Counted from the stretch's first letter, positions 37,094-46,197 are shown. The stretch: DNA of 64,000 bases from Acidobacteriaceae bacterium (GCA_049522955.1 JBEKNJ010000007.1:20965-84964); one strand, 5' to 3'. Notes: a model not told the origin generated them from the letters alone. Made by a program: numbers and translations.

Positions 37094-37118
37094 CCACAAA
37101 ACCAGAATGGAGTAAGCA

Positions 37119-38312
37119 ATGAAAGCTGTTTGCTGGATGGGTAAGAGCAAGCTTGAGACCCTGACCGTACCGGATCCAACGATCCTGAATCCGCACGATG
37201 CCATCATCAAAGTCACCCGCACCGCAATTTGCGGATCCGACCTGCACCTCTTCGATGGATTTATTCCTACGATGGAATCGGGTGACATTCTCGGCCACGA
37301 GTTCATGGGTTTGGTGGAGGAGGTCGGGCCTGCTGTCACCAACTTGAAGCGGGGCGATCGCGTCGTTGTTCCTTTCACGATTGCATGCGGCAGTTGCGAG
37401 TTCTGCAGGAAGAAGATCTGGGCTGCATGCGATAACACGAATCCCAACGCTCATCTGATGGAAGCAGCCTATGGATATTCCGGTTCTGGCCTCTTTGGCT
37501 ATTCGCACATGATGGGTGGATATGCGGGAGGCCAGGCGCAGTATGTGCGGGTGCCTTTTGCCAATGTCGGACCATTGAAACTTGAGACCGATCTCGCGGA
37601 TGAGAAAGTCTTGTTTCTCTCCGACATCTTCCCCACGGGCTATATGGCGGCAGAGAACGCGCAAATACAAGATGGCGACACGGTAGCGGTCTGGGGTTGT
37701 GGACCTGTGGGGCAATTCGCAATTGCCAGCGCTTTTATGCTGGGTGCGGGACGGGTCATCGCGATCGATAGAATTCCCGAGCGGCTCGAGATGGCTCGGT
37801 CGGTTGGCGCCATCACCGTCGACTACTCTCACGAAGGGGTCAGTGTTTTGACGGCGCTCAAAGATCTGACCGGCGGCATCGGTCCCGATGCCTGTATCGA
37901 TGCGGTGGGTCTGGAGTCGCACACGGGAGATGTACAAGGGGCATACGACACGGTGAAGAATGCGCTTCTGCTCGAAACCGATCGTCCGGCCGTGTTACGC
38001 CAGGCGATTCAGGCGGTACGCAAGGGTGGAACCCTCTCTATTCCTGGAGTATACGGAGGAATGCTCGACAAGGTCCCGTTCGGCGCTGCTTTCGGCAAAG
38101 GAATCACCATGAAGATGGGACAAACCAACATGCATAACTACATGAAGCCGTTGCTCGAGCGCATCGAAAAGGGGCAAATCGATCCGAGCTACATCATTTC
38201 GCACCGAATTTCCCTTGACGAGGCACCCGACATGTATAAGGTGTGGCGGGACAAAGAAGATCGTGTAACCAAAATTGTGATCGATCCATGGGCGGAACGC
38301 AGAGCAGCTTGA
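37119..38312 (+). CDS. zinc-dependent alcohol/formaldehyde dehydrogenase family (MDR)
   Basis: [22 protein letters not shown], structural-Zn [10 protein letters not shown], Rossmann VWGCGPVG. Confidence 0.9.
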   Translation: MKAVCWMGKSKLETLTVPDPTILNPHDAIIKVTRTAICGSDLHLFDGFIPTMESGDILGHEFMGLVEEVGPAVTNLKRGDRVVVPFTIACGSCEFCRKKIWAACDNTNPNAHLMEAAYGYSGSGLFGYSHMMGGYAGGQAQYVRVPFANVGPLKLETDLADEKVLFLSDIFPTGYMAAENAQIQDGDTVAVWGCGPVGQFAIASAFMLGAGRVIAIDRIPERLEMARSVGAITVDYSHEGVSVLTALKDLTGGIGPDACIDAVGLESHTGDVQGAYDTVKNALLLETDRPAVLRQAIQAVRKGGTLSIPGVYGGMLDKVPFGAAFGKGITMKMGQTNMHNYMKPLLERIEKGQIDPSYIISHRISLDEAPDMYKVWRDKEDRVTKIVIDPWAERRAA

Positions 38313-38415
38313 AAAGGTCACTCCGCAACCACCGGCCTCCGACTATCACACACATTCGTGAGGGAGTGAAGTTGAATGAGCACTTCCCTGGGATTCCGTC
38401 GCATCCAAGTTGCTT

Positions 38416-39498
38416 ATGAAGATTGATCTGAGTTCGGCAGGCTGGTCAGCCGCGCTGTTGGGCATGGCCGGCCTGACATATGCGGTCGTGCGCGGGCAGC
38501 GCGGATCGAAGAGAATGCAGGAATTGAAAGGCAAGGTGGTACTGATAGTCGGCGGGTCGCGGGGACTCGGCTACGCCATCGCGCGCGAGTTGGCTTTATC
38601 GGGTGCCCGGCTGGCCCTTACCTCGCGTCACCTGGACGCGTTGGAACGCGCAAGAACGCGGCTGCTGACGAGTGACTGCGCAGACCCGGCAGATGTATGG
38701 GTGTACCCCTGCGACGTGAGCGTCGAGTCTGAAGCACGGCAGATGGTGGCCGCAGCTACCGCGCATTTCGGCAGAATCGACGTGTTAGTCAATGATGCCG
38801 GCGTCATTATGGTTGGTCCCTTGGAGAGCCAGACGCTGGATAGCTTCCACGAGGCCATGAATGTCAACTTCTTCGGGGCCCTGCATGCGACCCTGGCGGT
38901 GTTGCCACAGATGCTCGAGCGAGGCGATGGATCGATCGTTAACATTAGCTCCATCGGAGGCAAAGTTGCCTTCCCTCATCTTTTGCCTTATGTGGCGAGC
39001 AAATTCGCCCTGACCGGCTGGTCGCAGGGTCTGCGGGCGGAACTCGCCGGCACAGGAATCCGTGTCACCACCGTATCTCCCGGCATCATGCGCACCGGCT
39101 CCCACATCCAGGCGCGCTTTACCGGTAACCAAGAGCAGGAGTATCGCTGGTTTGCCGCCGCCGCCAGCCTGCCAGGAACCGCAACCAATGCCACTGGCGC
39201 CGCAAAGAAAATCGTACGCGCTTTGGCCGCGGGTTCGGCAGAGATTTCGATAGGCCTGCAAGCGATCGTTGCGGCGCGCCTCTCCAACCTCGCTCCTGAG
39301 CTAACGGCGACCTTGCTTTCGCTCGCGAACGCTTCGTTGCCCAGCGCACCGACTGAGGGCGATGCTAACTTTTGGCAGGCCGATCGATCCGCCGCCGGCA
39401 AAGCGTTTCGCGGTTCGCTCCCAGGGGTCGTCGAACATCTCGGGGACAGGCTGATCCAGCGCTACAATCAGGAGCCGGCCACGAGCACCGTGTTGTGA
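38416..39498 (+). CDS. SDR-family oxidoreductase with N-terminal membrane anchor
   Basis: N-terminal TM (SAGWSAALLGMAGLTYAVV), VGGSRGLG, NDAG, YVASKFA (Y-x3-K). A TTG at 38410 is an alternative start. Confidence 0.85.
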   Translation: MKIDLSSAGWSAALLGMAGLTYAVVRGQRGSKRMQELKGKVVLIVGGSRGLGYAIARELALSGARLALTSRHLDALERARTRLLTSDCADPADVWVYPCDVSVESEARQMVAAATAHFGRIDVLVNDAGVIMVGPLESQTLDSFHEAMNVNFFGALHATLAVLPQMLERGDGSIVNISSIGGKVAFPHLLPYVASKFALTGWSQGLRAELAGTGIRVTTVSPGIMRTGSHIQARFTGNQEQEYRWFAAAASLPGTATNATGAAKKIVRALAAGSAEISIGLQAIVAARLSNLAPELTATLLSLANASLPSAPTEGDANFWQADRSAAGKAFRGSLPGVVEHLGDRLIQRYNQEPATSTVL

Positions 39499-39627
39499 TT
39501 CGGAAGGACGGGAGGCTCTACAGGAATCTTCGGCAATCGCTACAACGGCTAGGCGAGAGTCCTTCCATCCTGCAGGTGGAAATACAGGCGCCTGTATCCG
39601 ATCTGCGCCGGCGCATAGTTCCCGACC

Positions 39628-40710
39628 TTAAGGTTGGGCGTAATAGCCGGTGCGCGTCCGGGCGGTCACTCCCGGCTGATCGATTTTGACCTCCAGGGCG
39701 TGGTACTCGTTGGCGTGGTCGGCATGCGACCCTTGAAACGTCATTACATAGAATGCCCGTGCATCACCCGCGCTTTTCGCGATTTCGTTCGCCATCGCTA
39801 CGGGTATATCGTTGCTTCCGTTCAGGACTAGCCCACCGGACTGAACCGCAAGCACGGTCAGCGCCAGGTTCGGCGGATACGCTTGCGACTGCGTCTTCAC
39901 GCCCTGGAGGAATTGGGTGTAAGACCAAAACTGCGAGACGTCGGTGCCTGCGACCCCGCGCGCGACCACATTATAAAGGGTGATATGGCCGAGTCGCATT
40001 GCGGTAGAGGTGTTCACGATGGCGTTGAAAATTTGCCGCTGATTTGTGCTGGTGATTTCACTTGCGGCCCTTGCAAGCAGAGGCCAACCCGGACTGACCC
40101 AGACAATGAGTTTCCTTCCGGGCTTCGCCGACGCGTACGCTATTATGGCATCGAGCGCCTTGAGAGACAATTCGTAACGTTCAAAGTCGCTGAAGGCAGT
40201 GGACCGGTTCACCAGCCGCAGTGCCGTTGCATTCTGATCGAGCATGGCCGCAAGAGCATTACCATCTCGCGAAGCCATCGTCGGCTTGGCCATACCTTTG
40301 TCGGTAACCGTCACCACCGAAACGGGGAGTAGCAGCTTACCTCCATTGCTTTGCAGAAAACTCTTGATGCCCTCCCGTTGACGCTCCGCTTTTAAGACAT
40401 CGGCATTGATCGCGTCGATGACCAAGACCACCTCGATGGGTGGGGCCGGCATACCGGCATCCAGATCCACAGCGCGAAAGGAAGTGAGGCTCTTCGCCTG
40501 CTTGTCGTCCAATAGGGTAAAGTTTTGTTGCTGCAAGCCTTGCACCGGCTTACCTGACTTATCGCTGACTGCCACATCGATGGTGACGGTTTGCTCTGCT
40601 GGCGCCGAAGTAACGGAACCCACAAGAGAAGAAGGGACGGTTGCTCGCTGTGCTGTGGCGGTCAAGGGTGTGAGGATGGAGACGGCGAGTAACACGCAAA
40701 GGCATTGCAT
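39628..40710 (-). CDS. exported VWA-domain protein (VWFA-related acidobacterial-type, TIGR03436-like)
   Basis: Signal MQCLCVLLAVSILTPLTATAQ. N-terminal beta domain VTIDVAVSDKSGKPVQGLQQQNFTLLDDKQAKSLTSF, then VVLVIDAINAD.. VWA-like core. Confidence 0.75.
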   Translation of the reverse strand: MQCLCVLLAVSILTPLTATAQRATVPSSLVGSVTSAPAEQTVTIDVAVSDKSGKPVQGLQQQNFTLLDDKQAKSLTSFRAVDLDAGMPAPPIEVVLVIDAINADVLKAERQREGIKSFLQSNGGKLLLPVSVVTVTDKGMAKPTMASRDGNALAAMLDQNATALRLVNRSTAFSDFERYELSLKALDAIIAYASAKPGRKLIVWVSPGWPLLARAASEITSTNQRQIFNAIVNTSTAMRLGHITLYNVVARGVAGTDVSQFWSYTQFLQGVKTQSQAYPPNLALTVLAVQSGGLVLNGSNDIPVAMANEIAKSAGDARAFYVMTFQGSHADHANEYHALEVKIDQPGVTARTRTGYYAQP

Positions 40711-40899
40711 AGCGGCTACACCTGGCGTCAGGTCCGTAGCTACCAGCAGAACCCTGGGGCGCCTACTAGAAGACGCGCCAGCCAGGGGTCAAGTTGCTTT
40801 ATCTGGCGCACCCGAGCTACATTCCCGCAAAACGGGCATTGCGTAATTCGGATAGGTAGTTGGTGAACTCTCGTCCCCGAGTCGCCCAGACAAATGGGG

Positions 40900-41163
40900 C
40901 TATTTCGTCTCTGGCCGAAACTCCCCGAAACAATGTGTCTGGTGAACCGGACCCGTCACGTAAGCAAGCCGGTAGCCATCCTCGTAATACCCGAGCTCGC
41001 CGACGAGCCCAGCACCGCGGGCACGCAGGTCGATTTCGGGACGAACGGAACGATACTTCTACTGAGACGAAACCGTGTGAATTGGACGTCCGGTCCCCTG
41101 TCCCTCCGAAGGATGGTAGTTATTTTGTTTGTGCGCCGAAACTATCCAGCCTTTCATGATCAT
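40900..41163 (-). pseudogene. small ORF (87 codons) interrupted by one in-frame TAG; possible nonsense-mutated gene
   Basis: Own translation: MIMKGWIVSAHKQNNYHPSEGQGTGRPIHTVSSQ-TAG(41061-41059)-KYRSVRPEIDLRARGAGLVGELGYYEDGYRLAYVTGPVHQTHCFGEFRPETK-TAG(40902-40900), all in one frame. The second half has coding-like GC3. Function unknown. Confidence 0.3.
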
Positions 41164-41171
41164 CCACGATC

Positions 41172-41633
41172 TTACTGGACAACCAGCACGGAGACCGGGG
41201 AATGACGAATGATGCTCTCGGAAGTGGACCCCTCCAGCCAATGCCTCACTCGCGCAATATCTCGCCGGCCCACTACGACCAGATCCGCGGAGTCTTGCTG
41301 CGCCCTTTCTAAGATCACCTGGTCAGGTTTTCCTGGGAGAATCTCCGTGATCACTTCTATTCCAGGGCGCCCGCTGGACTGGATTTTCGCACTTAGTCTT
41401 TCTTTCAGTCTCTTGCGCGCATGAGCGGACGTCTCCAGTCCGTAACCTTCGGCTTGAGACTCGGGGCTCGGCGGGGCGACTACGCCTAACACAATCAGCC
41501 TGGCCCCGAGACTTTGTGCCAATGAGATTGCGACATCCACTGCCCTCTCAGCTTCGGGAGTTCCGTCGTCCCCGACCAAAATCGTTTTGAAGGCTGCACT
41601 AAGAATCATGTTTCCCTCTAATCGCTCGATCAA
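41172..41633 (-). CDS. universal stress protein (UspA family)
   Basis: 153 aa. FKTILVGDDGTPEAERAVDVAISLA..LIVLGVV..DLVVVGRRDI..GSTSESIIRHSPVSVLVV: canonical Usp. Confidence 0.85.
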   Translation of the reverse strand: MIERLEGNMILSAAFKTILVGDDGTPEAERAVDVAISLAQSLGARLIVLGVVAPPSPESQAEGYGLETSAHARKRLKERLSAKIQSSGRPGIEVITEILPGKPDQVILERAQQDSADLVVVGRRDIARVRHWLEGSTSESIIRHSPVSVLVVQ

Positions 41634-41685
41634 TCATCCCTTTAGCAGCAAAAAAGCGCAATTGTTGTGCCCTTCTCAATGACCT

Positions 41686-41838
41686 TCACGCCATAGGTCG
41701 AGAACGTCTCCAGGTAGAGACGTCGCGGCGGGGCGAGGTGCCGAACATTCGGGCGTATTCACGACTAAACTGGGAGACGCTCGCATAGCCCACTTCAAGC
41801 GCAGCAGACTCTACCATGGCATTACCGAAGATGCGCGC
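41686..41838 (-). pseudogene. C-terminal remnant of an AraC-family regulator (second HTH only)
   Basis: Own translation of the minus strand: ..[44 protein letters not shown]-x-S-x-S-x-FSR-x-(F/Y)-x-x-x-FG-x-SP is the AraC C-terminal signature. No upstream ORF or start. Confidence 0.45.
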
Positions 41839-42000
41839 GGAAGACGGCCTGGCAGAAGCTGTCGGGAGAGTTCACGCTCTGACGGCCCGGTAACTTCTGA
41901 CCGCGCGATCCCTCAACTTTCGAGTGAAACGTTTAGTTTGTGACCGTCACTATTCTGCAGAGTCTCATGACCGAAGCCGAATCGAGCGAGCCACGTTGCT

Positions 42001-42036
42001 CAGCGCGCTGGCCACTAAGGGTTGGCCAGCGCGCTG
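42001..42036. other. perfect 14-bp-stem hairpin upstream of the Pro-rich ORF
   Basis: cagcgcgctggcca-ctaagggt-tggccagcgcgctg. No flanking U-tract on either strand. Confidence 0.6.
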
Positions 42037-42123
42037 AACATGTACTTCGGCTCATTTTTAGCTGGGTTAGTGTGCGCCATCTGAGACCTTACTTTCTCTG
42101 AACTATGAACCGGGGAGGATGCA

Positions 42124-43314
42124 ATGAGAGACCCTAATTCCACAGGATCCATTACGCTGCCCAGTGATTTTCACTTCGGGCACCTTCGCCCAGACCAAAC
42201 CAAGCCTGAAGCACCTACCCCGCCCCCACCGCTTGGTCCGCTCTCCGCATTCGTCGGAGACTTTATCGGAAACGGCTTCAATACGATCTTCCGGCCCGAT
42301 AGCACGGCTACGCCAACGCCGCTTCCGAATCCGGTTCCCCCGCCTCCTCCGCCGCGCGACAACATCCTGGAACTGAACCTTACCTCCGAAACCCTTTCGT
42401 TTTCACGGAGCCTGGGTTCGGTTCCCAATCGTGGAACCGGCACGCAGCCAGACGCCTTCCTGAACGGTGTGCCCTACCTGCAGACCATCAACGACATCAC
42501 GATCCATGGGGAGAAGGTTGGAATCCACGTCGAACCCGGGATTTGGATTCACGTGCCGTCGACGCTGACCCCACCTCTGGGCGAGACAGTGTCTCGCATG
42601 GCGTCCATTCCTCACGGCACCACCGTCGAGGCTCAGGGTCTCGTCGATCCCGCCACGCCCGGACCACCGAATATCGCCCCCGTCGATATCACTCCGTTCG
42701 TCATCGGCAGCATCCCGCCCAAGAAGGTCCCCCCGTTCGCCAGCCAGACCGCGAGCAACCCGAACACGCCACGAATCCCTCAGGATCTCGGACCGTTTAT
42801 CACCCGTGGGACGATCACACAGGCCATGCTGGATGATCCCAACAGTGTGCTGCGAGATATCATCAACCAACAAACGATCCTGAGCACGACCACCCTCTTT
42901 GTCTCCACCGCCCCACCACCTCCCGTTGGGCTGTTTGGCGGTGGAACGGACAACATTGCATTCCTGCTGGGGCAGGCCAGTGCTGGAGCGCCCAACGCCC
43001 AAGCGGTGCAGATGACTGCTGTCTTCTGGATCGAAACTGTGCAGGAGACGATCGTGGTACCACCGTTTCATGTCGGCGGTCCTCCGTTCGCGATCCGAGG
43101 CAAACGCAGCGTCCAGGGTCAGCGGGTACCGACCTTTTCTGTCACTCCACCGTTTGACCTGGTGGCGCCGCGTGAGATCAAGGTTACGTTTACGCAGATT
43201 CAGTACACACAAACTGTCATATTGAATTTCGCCGGGCTAAGCTGGCCGCATGTCTCGGTGAATACGCTGGTGCCTGCCGACGACATTATCGTTCCTGCCT
43301 CCGCGTTTGCTTGA
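42124..43314 (+). CDS. hypothetical proline-rich protein, no signal peptide (orphan)
   Basis: 396-aa ORF, GGAGG 5 nt upstream of the ATG. Pro-rich linkers (PTPPPPLGP, NPVPPPPPPRD). Blocks FVGDFIGNGFNTIFRP, NILELNLTSETLSF, VPYLQTINDITIHGEKVGIHVEPGIWIHVP, MTAVFWIETVQ, LSWPHVSVNTL. Faint resemblance to the nitrobindin/THAP4-type beta-barrel logic (GxWxGxG .. HxExGxW) only. Confidence 0.7.
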   Translation: MRDPNSTGSITLPSDFHFGHLRPDQTKPEAPTPPPPLGPLSAFVGDFIGNGFNTIFRPDSTATPTPLPNPVPPPPPPRDNILELNLTSETLSFSRSLGSVPNRGTGTQPDAFLNGVPYLQTINDITIHGEKVGIHVEPGIWIHVPSTLTPPLGETVSRMASIPHGTTVEAQGLVDPATPGPPNIAPVDITPFVIGSIPPKKVPPFASQTASNPNTPRIPQDLGPFITRGTITQAMLDDPNSVLRDIINQQTILSTTTLFVSTAPPPPVGLFGGGTDNIAFLLGQASAGAPNAQAVQMTAVFWIETVQETIVVPPFHVGGPPFAIRGKRSVQGQRVPTFSVTPPFDLVAPREIKVTFTQIQYTQTVILNFAGLSWPHVSVNTLVPADDIIVPASAFA

Positions 43315-43326
43315 GGGGCCAAAATG

Positions 43327-43528
43327 AGGGCGCCCACGGAGAATTCGGGAAGGCCGAGTGGCGCACCGCAGATCCCTCCACTACGCTACGCTTCGGTCGG
43401 GATGACAATTTATCTTGGAAACGATACTTAGCGTTCCCAACCAAGATTGTCATCCCGACCGAAGCGTAGCGTAGTGGAGGGATCTGCGGTGCGCCACTCG
43501 GCCTTCCCGAATTCTCCGTGGGCGCCCT
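43327..43528. repeat. perfect 202-bp palindrome (83-bp arms, 36-nt spacer); head-to-head dimer of a dispersed repeat
   Basis: 43327-43409 is the exact reverse complement of 43446-43528 (83/83, hand checked). 43345-43409 recurs 65/65 at 50910-50974. Confidence 0.9.
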
Positions 43529-43699
43529 GATTTATTGCAACCTGATTTACCATCGCAACCGAACGCTCGATCCTCTGCTGGTTACAACGAATTGCCGAGG
43601 AGAGGCTCAGAGACAGGTACCCTTAAAGGAAATCGACCCTCTTGGAAACCCGCACATTTTTATGTGACAATTCCTCAGATTGGAAGGGCACGGACAAAG

Positions 43700-44731
43700 A
43701 TGAAGAGGGGATACTGGGGCGGAGTAAGGAGATGGTTCCGCATGGGGGTGACTGCGATCCTGGCCGGAGCCTTTGCGGGCAGTGTGCCGTTATATGCCCA
43801 GGGATCCAAGGTCAGCTCACCAGCTGAGCTCGCCCGCGCGGCCGACGCCCTGCAGCCCGGCGAATGGGTCTGGGCCCCGTCTGTCGCGCCCACCGGGCCG
43901 ATCCTTATCTATGTCGACCTCTCGCGCCAGCGCGCTACTGTCTACCGCAATGGCGTGCGCATCGCCGTTAGCACCATCTCCTCGGGTAAGCCCGGACATG
44001 AAACGCCTACCGGCGTCTTCACCATCCTGCAGAAGGACGCCAGTCACCACTCGAAGAAGTACAACAATGCGCCCATGCCCTTTCAGGAGCGCCTCACCTG
44101 GGATGGGGTGGCTCTCCACGCGGGCGGCCTGCCCGGCTATCCCGAGAGCCATGGATGCGTTCACCTTCCCTACACCTTCTCGCAGCAGCTTTTCAGCATC
44201 ACCACGCTCGGCGCCACGGTCGTGGTGGAAGGCGATGCCGCCAATCACATCACCACCACAGATGCCAGCCTGCTGGCTCCGTTGAACGCCAAGGGACAGA
44301 AGGTAGAGCAACAGCACCTTGCTTCCGAGGAGTATCGCTGGGAGCCCGAAAAGTCGCCGACCGGGCCTCTGACCATCATCGTTTCCAAGCATGACCAGCG
44401 GATCGTGGTCCTGCGCAACGGTGTCGAGATCGGCCGCAGTGTCGCCCAGATCAATGACGACGATCCCGGATCCCACGTCATCAGCCTGACCCGCGGCTCT
44501 GACGGCAAAATCCACTGGATCTATGTGGGTCTGCCCGGACACGACGATGACAAAGGCCGCGAACTCGATGAGGCAACCCTTAACCGCGTCCACATGCCAC
44601 GCGGTTTCTTTGAGGCTGTGAACGCCGTACTGGCACCAGGCACGACCATACTGGTCACGCAGTCCAGCGTGGGCGCTCTCACCACCGGAGAACACATCAC
44701 GATTCTCGACAGTGTCGTGCCCAGGATTTAG
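43700..44731 (+). CDS. L,D-transpeptidase (YkuD domain) with extra C-terminal domain
   Basis: Start at Met56 of ORF 43535..44731 (signal-like MKRGYWGGVRRWFRMGVTAILAGAFAGSVPLYAQ). YkuD core ILIYVDLSRQRATVYRNG..ISSGKPGHETPTGVFTI..ALHAGGLPGYPESHGCVHLP. Confidence 0.85.
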   Translation: MKRGYWGGVRRWFRMGVTAILAGAFAGSVPLYAQGSKVSSPAELARAADALQPGEWVWAPSVAPTGPILIYVDLSRQRATVYRNGVRIAVSTISSGKPGHETPTGVFTILQKDASHHSKKYNNAPMPFQERLTWDGVALHAGGLPGYPESHGCVHLPYTFSQQLFSITTLGATVVVEGDAANHITTTDASLLAPLNAKGQKVEQQHLASEEYRWEPEKSPTGPLTIIVSKHDQRIVVLRNGVEIGRSVAQINDDDPGSHVISLTRGSDGKIHWIYVGLPGHDDDKGRELDEATLNRVHMPRGFFEAVNAVLAPGTTILVTQSSVGALTTGEHITILDSVVPRI

Positions 44732-44787
44732 TTGGTGGGACCCCTCTTAGCAACCAACCTTAGCGTTCCTGAACGCGAGTGCCCCGG

Positions 44788-46173
44788 CTACCGCAGGCCC
44801 CGATACACCAACTGCTCGAAGTCGCGCAGCGTTCGGATGGCACCGTCGTCGTAGAACGGCAGCATCTGCATCATCATCACGCCGCCGATGTGTTGCACTG
44901 GATCGACCCAGAACTCGGTGTTGTAAATACCGGCCCAGCTCATGCTGCCCGCGCTGCGAAACTTTGCGTACAGCGGGTTGCTGGATGCGATCTGAAAACC
45001 GAAGCCGAACTTATCGTGGCCGGCACCGAGCGGAAATGCCTTGGCATACGATGGGTCGGTGGTGGGCTGCAACTGCACGAAGAGCGACCCAATGTTGTTC
45101 TCGCCCATCATCTTTACCGAGCGTTCGCTCAGGATTTTCGTTGCCCCCAGATGTCCTCCGTTAAGTAGCATTTGCATGAACCTGCCGTAGTCCTGAACGG
45201 TCGAGTAGAGGCCACCATCGCCTCGGAACGGAGGGGTCGGGGTCGCCGGGACGGGTCTCCGCGGCTGCTCCTGCAGCACACCGTCTGTGCGGATGTATTT
45301 CGTGGGAACGCGAGACTGCTTGGCTAATGGCACGGCGTAAGACGTATCCACCATGCCCAGAGGCTCGAAGATGTGCTGATGGTAGTAAGCCTCAAGCGAC
45401 TGGCCGGAGAGTTTCCCGACGATCATGCCGAGCACCGCAGTGCTCGGGCTGTAGTTCCATTTGTCGCCAGGATCGTTTACGAGTGGCAAGTCCCATGGGT
45501 CCTTTTTGGTCTTCTCGGTCAGCCGGTACTCGATGGCATTGCAAAACCCGTAGGCGAAGCCGGAGGTATTCGTCAGCAAATGACGAATCGTCATCGGCCG
45601 TTTCGCCGGCCGCGTTTCATAGGTTGCGTCCTTCTCGTTGAACTTCGTGATGACCTGCAGGTGGTCGAAGCCTGGCAGGTATTTCGATACCGGATCGTCC
45701 AGCTTGAGTTTGCCCTCTTCCACAAGCATCATGACGGCCACCGAAGTCACCGGCTTGGTCATGGACGCAATGGCAAAGATGGCGTTCGCGGGCATTGCAA
45801 TATCGTGCGCCACGTCGAGCTTGCCGGCTGCGCCCTGATAGAGAACGCCGTCGCGACCAACGATGAGGGCGACGACGCCCGGCGAGTCGCCGCGGCCAAC
45901 AGCACTGTTCAACTGGCTCGATAGCGCAGTCCTGGCCTGCTCGGAAAAGGCCTGTTTCCGGGTGTTGGTCTGAGCGAGTCCCAAAGAGGCCAGCCCTGCC
46001 ATGAGAGCCACAAACGCAGTGAGGGTAGCGGTGGTCTGGTGCCGCTTTATCAATTCGAATGCCCCGACTTTCTCGCCGGCTTTGCGGCATGGGATAAAGA
46101 TAGCCAAGTCTATCTCAGGAACGATGGCACGGTTCCGAATTGTTGGCAGCTCCGTGATGCTCTTGATTAACAA
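44788..46173 (-). CDS. serine hydrolase, beta-lactamase class C / esterase (EstB-like) family
   Basis: S-x-x-K motif in FAIASMTKPVTSVAVMMLVEEGKL. About 400-aa mature domain. The true start may be the internal TTG at about 46053, giving signal ..TATLTAFVALMAGLASLGLAQ. ATG 46173 is the maximal ORF. Confidence 0.8.
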   Translation of the reverse strand: MLIKSITELPTIRNRAIVPEIDLAIFIPCRKAGEKVGAFELIKRHQTTATLTAFVALMAGLASLGLAQTNTRKQAFSEQARTALSSQLNSAVGRGDSPGVVALIVGRDGVLYQGAAGKLDVAHDIAMPANAIFAIASMTKPVTSVAVMMLVEEGKLKLDDPVSKYLPGFDHLQVITKFNEKDATYETRPAKRPMTIRHLLTNTSGFAYGFCNAIEYRLTEKTKKDPWDLPLVNDPGDKWNYSPSTAVLGMIVGKLSGQSLEAYYHQHIFEPLGMVDTSYAVPLAKQSRVPTKYIRTDGVLQEQPRRPVPATPTPPFRGDGGLYSTVQDYGRFMQMLLNGGHLGATKILSERSVKMMGENNIGSLFVQLQPTTDPSYAKAFPLGAGHDKFGFGFQIASSNPLYAKFRSAGSMSWAGIYNTEFWVDPVQHIGGVMMMQMLPFYDDGAIRTLRDFEQLVYRGLR

Positions 46174-46197
46174 GCGGAGGAAGTCGCTGTAACCTCC

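Noticed and set aside
37020-37937. 305-aa minus-strand ORF (also 36857..37447)
   Set aside because: It is antisense to the Zn-dehydrogenase and SRPBCC genes, which are well supported.
42403-43212. 269-aa minus-strand ORF inside the Pro-rich orphan gene
   Set aside because: The plus-strand ORF is longer, has a GGAGG RBS and a more protein-like composition. The minus product is Arg/Gly/Asp-rich. Because the plus-strand gene has no homology support, this should still be confirmed by expression data.
43817-44695. 292-aa minus-strand ORF
   Set aside because: It is antisense to the L,D-transpeptidase gene, which has a clear YkuD HGC motif.
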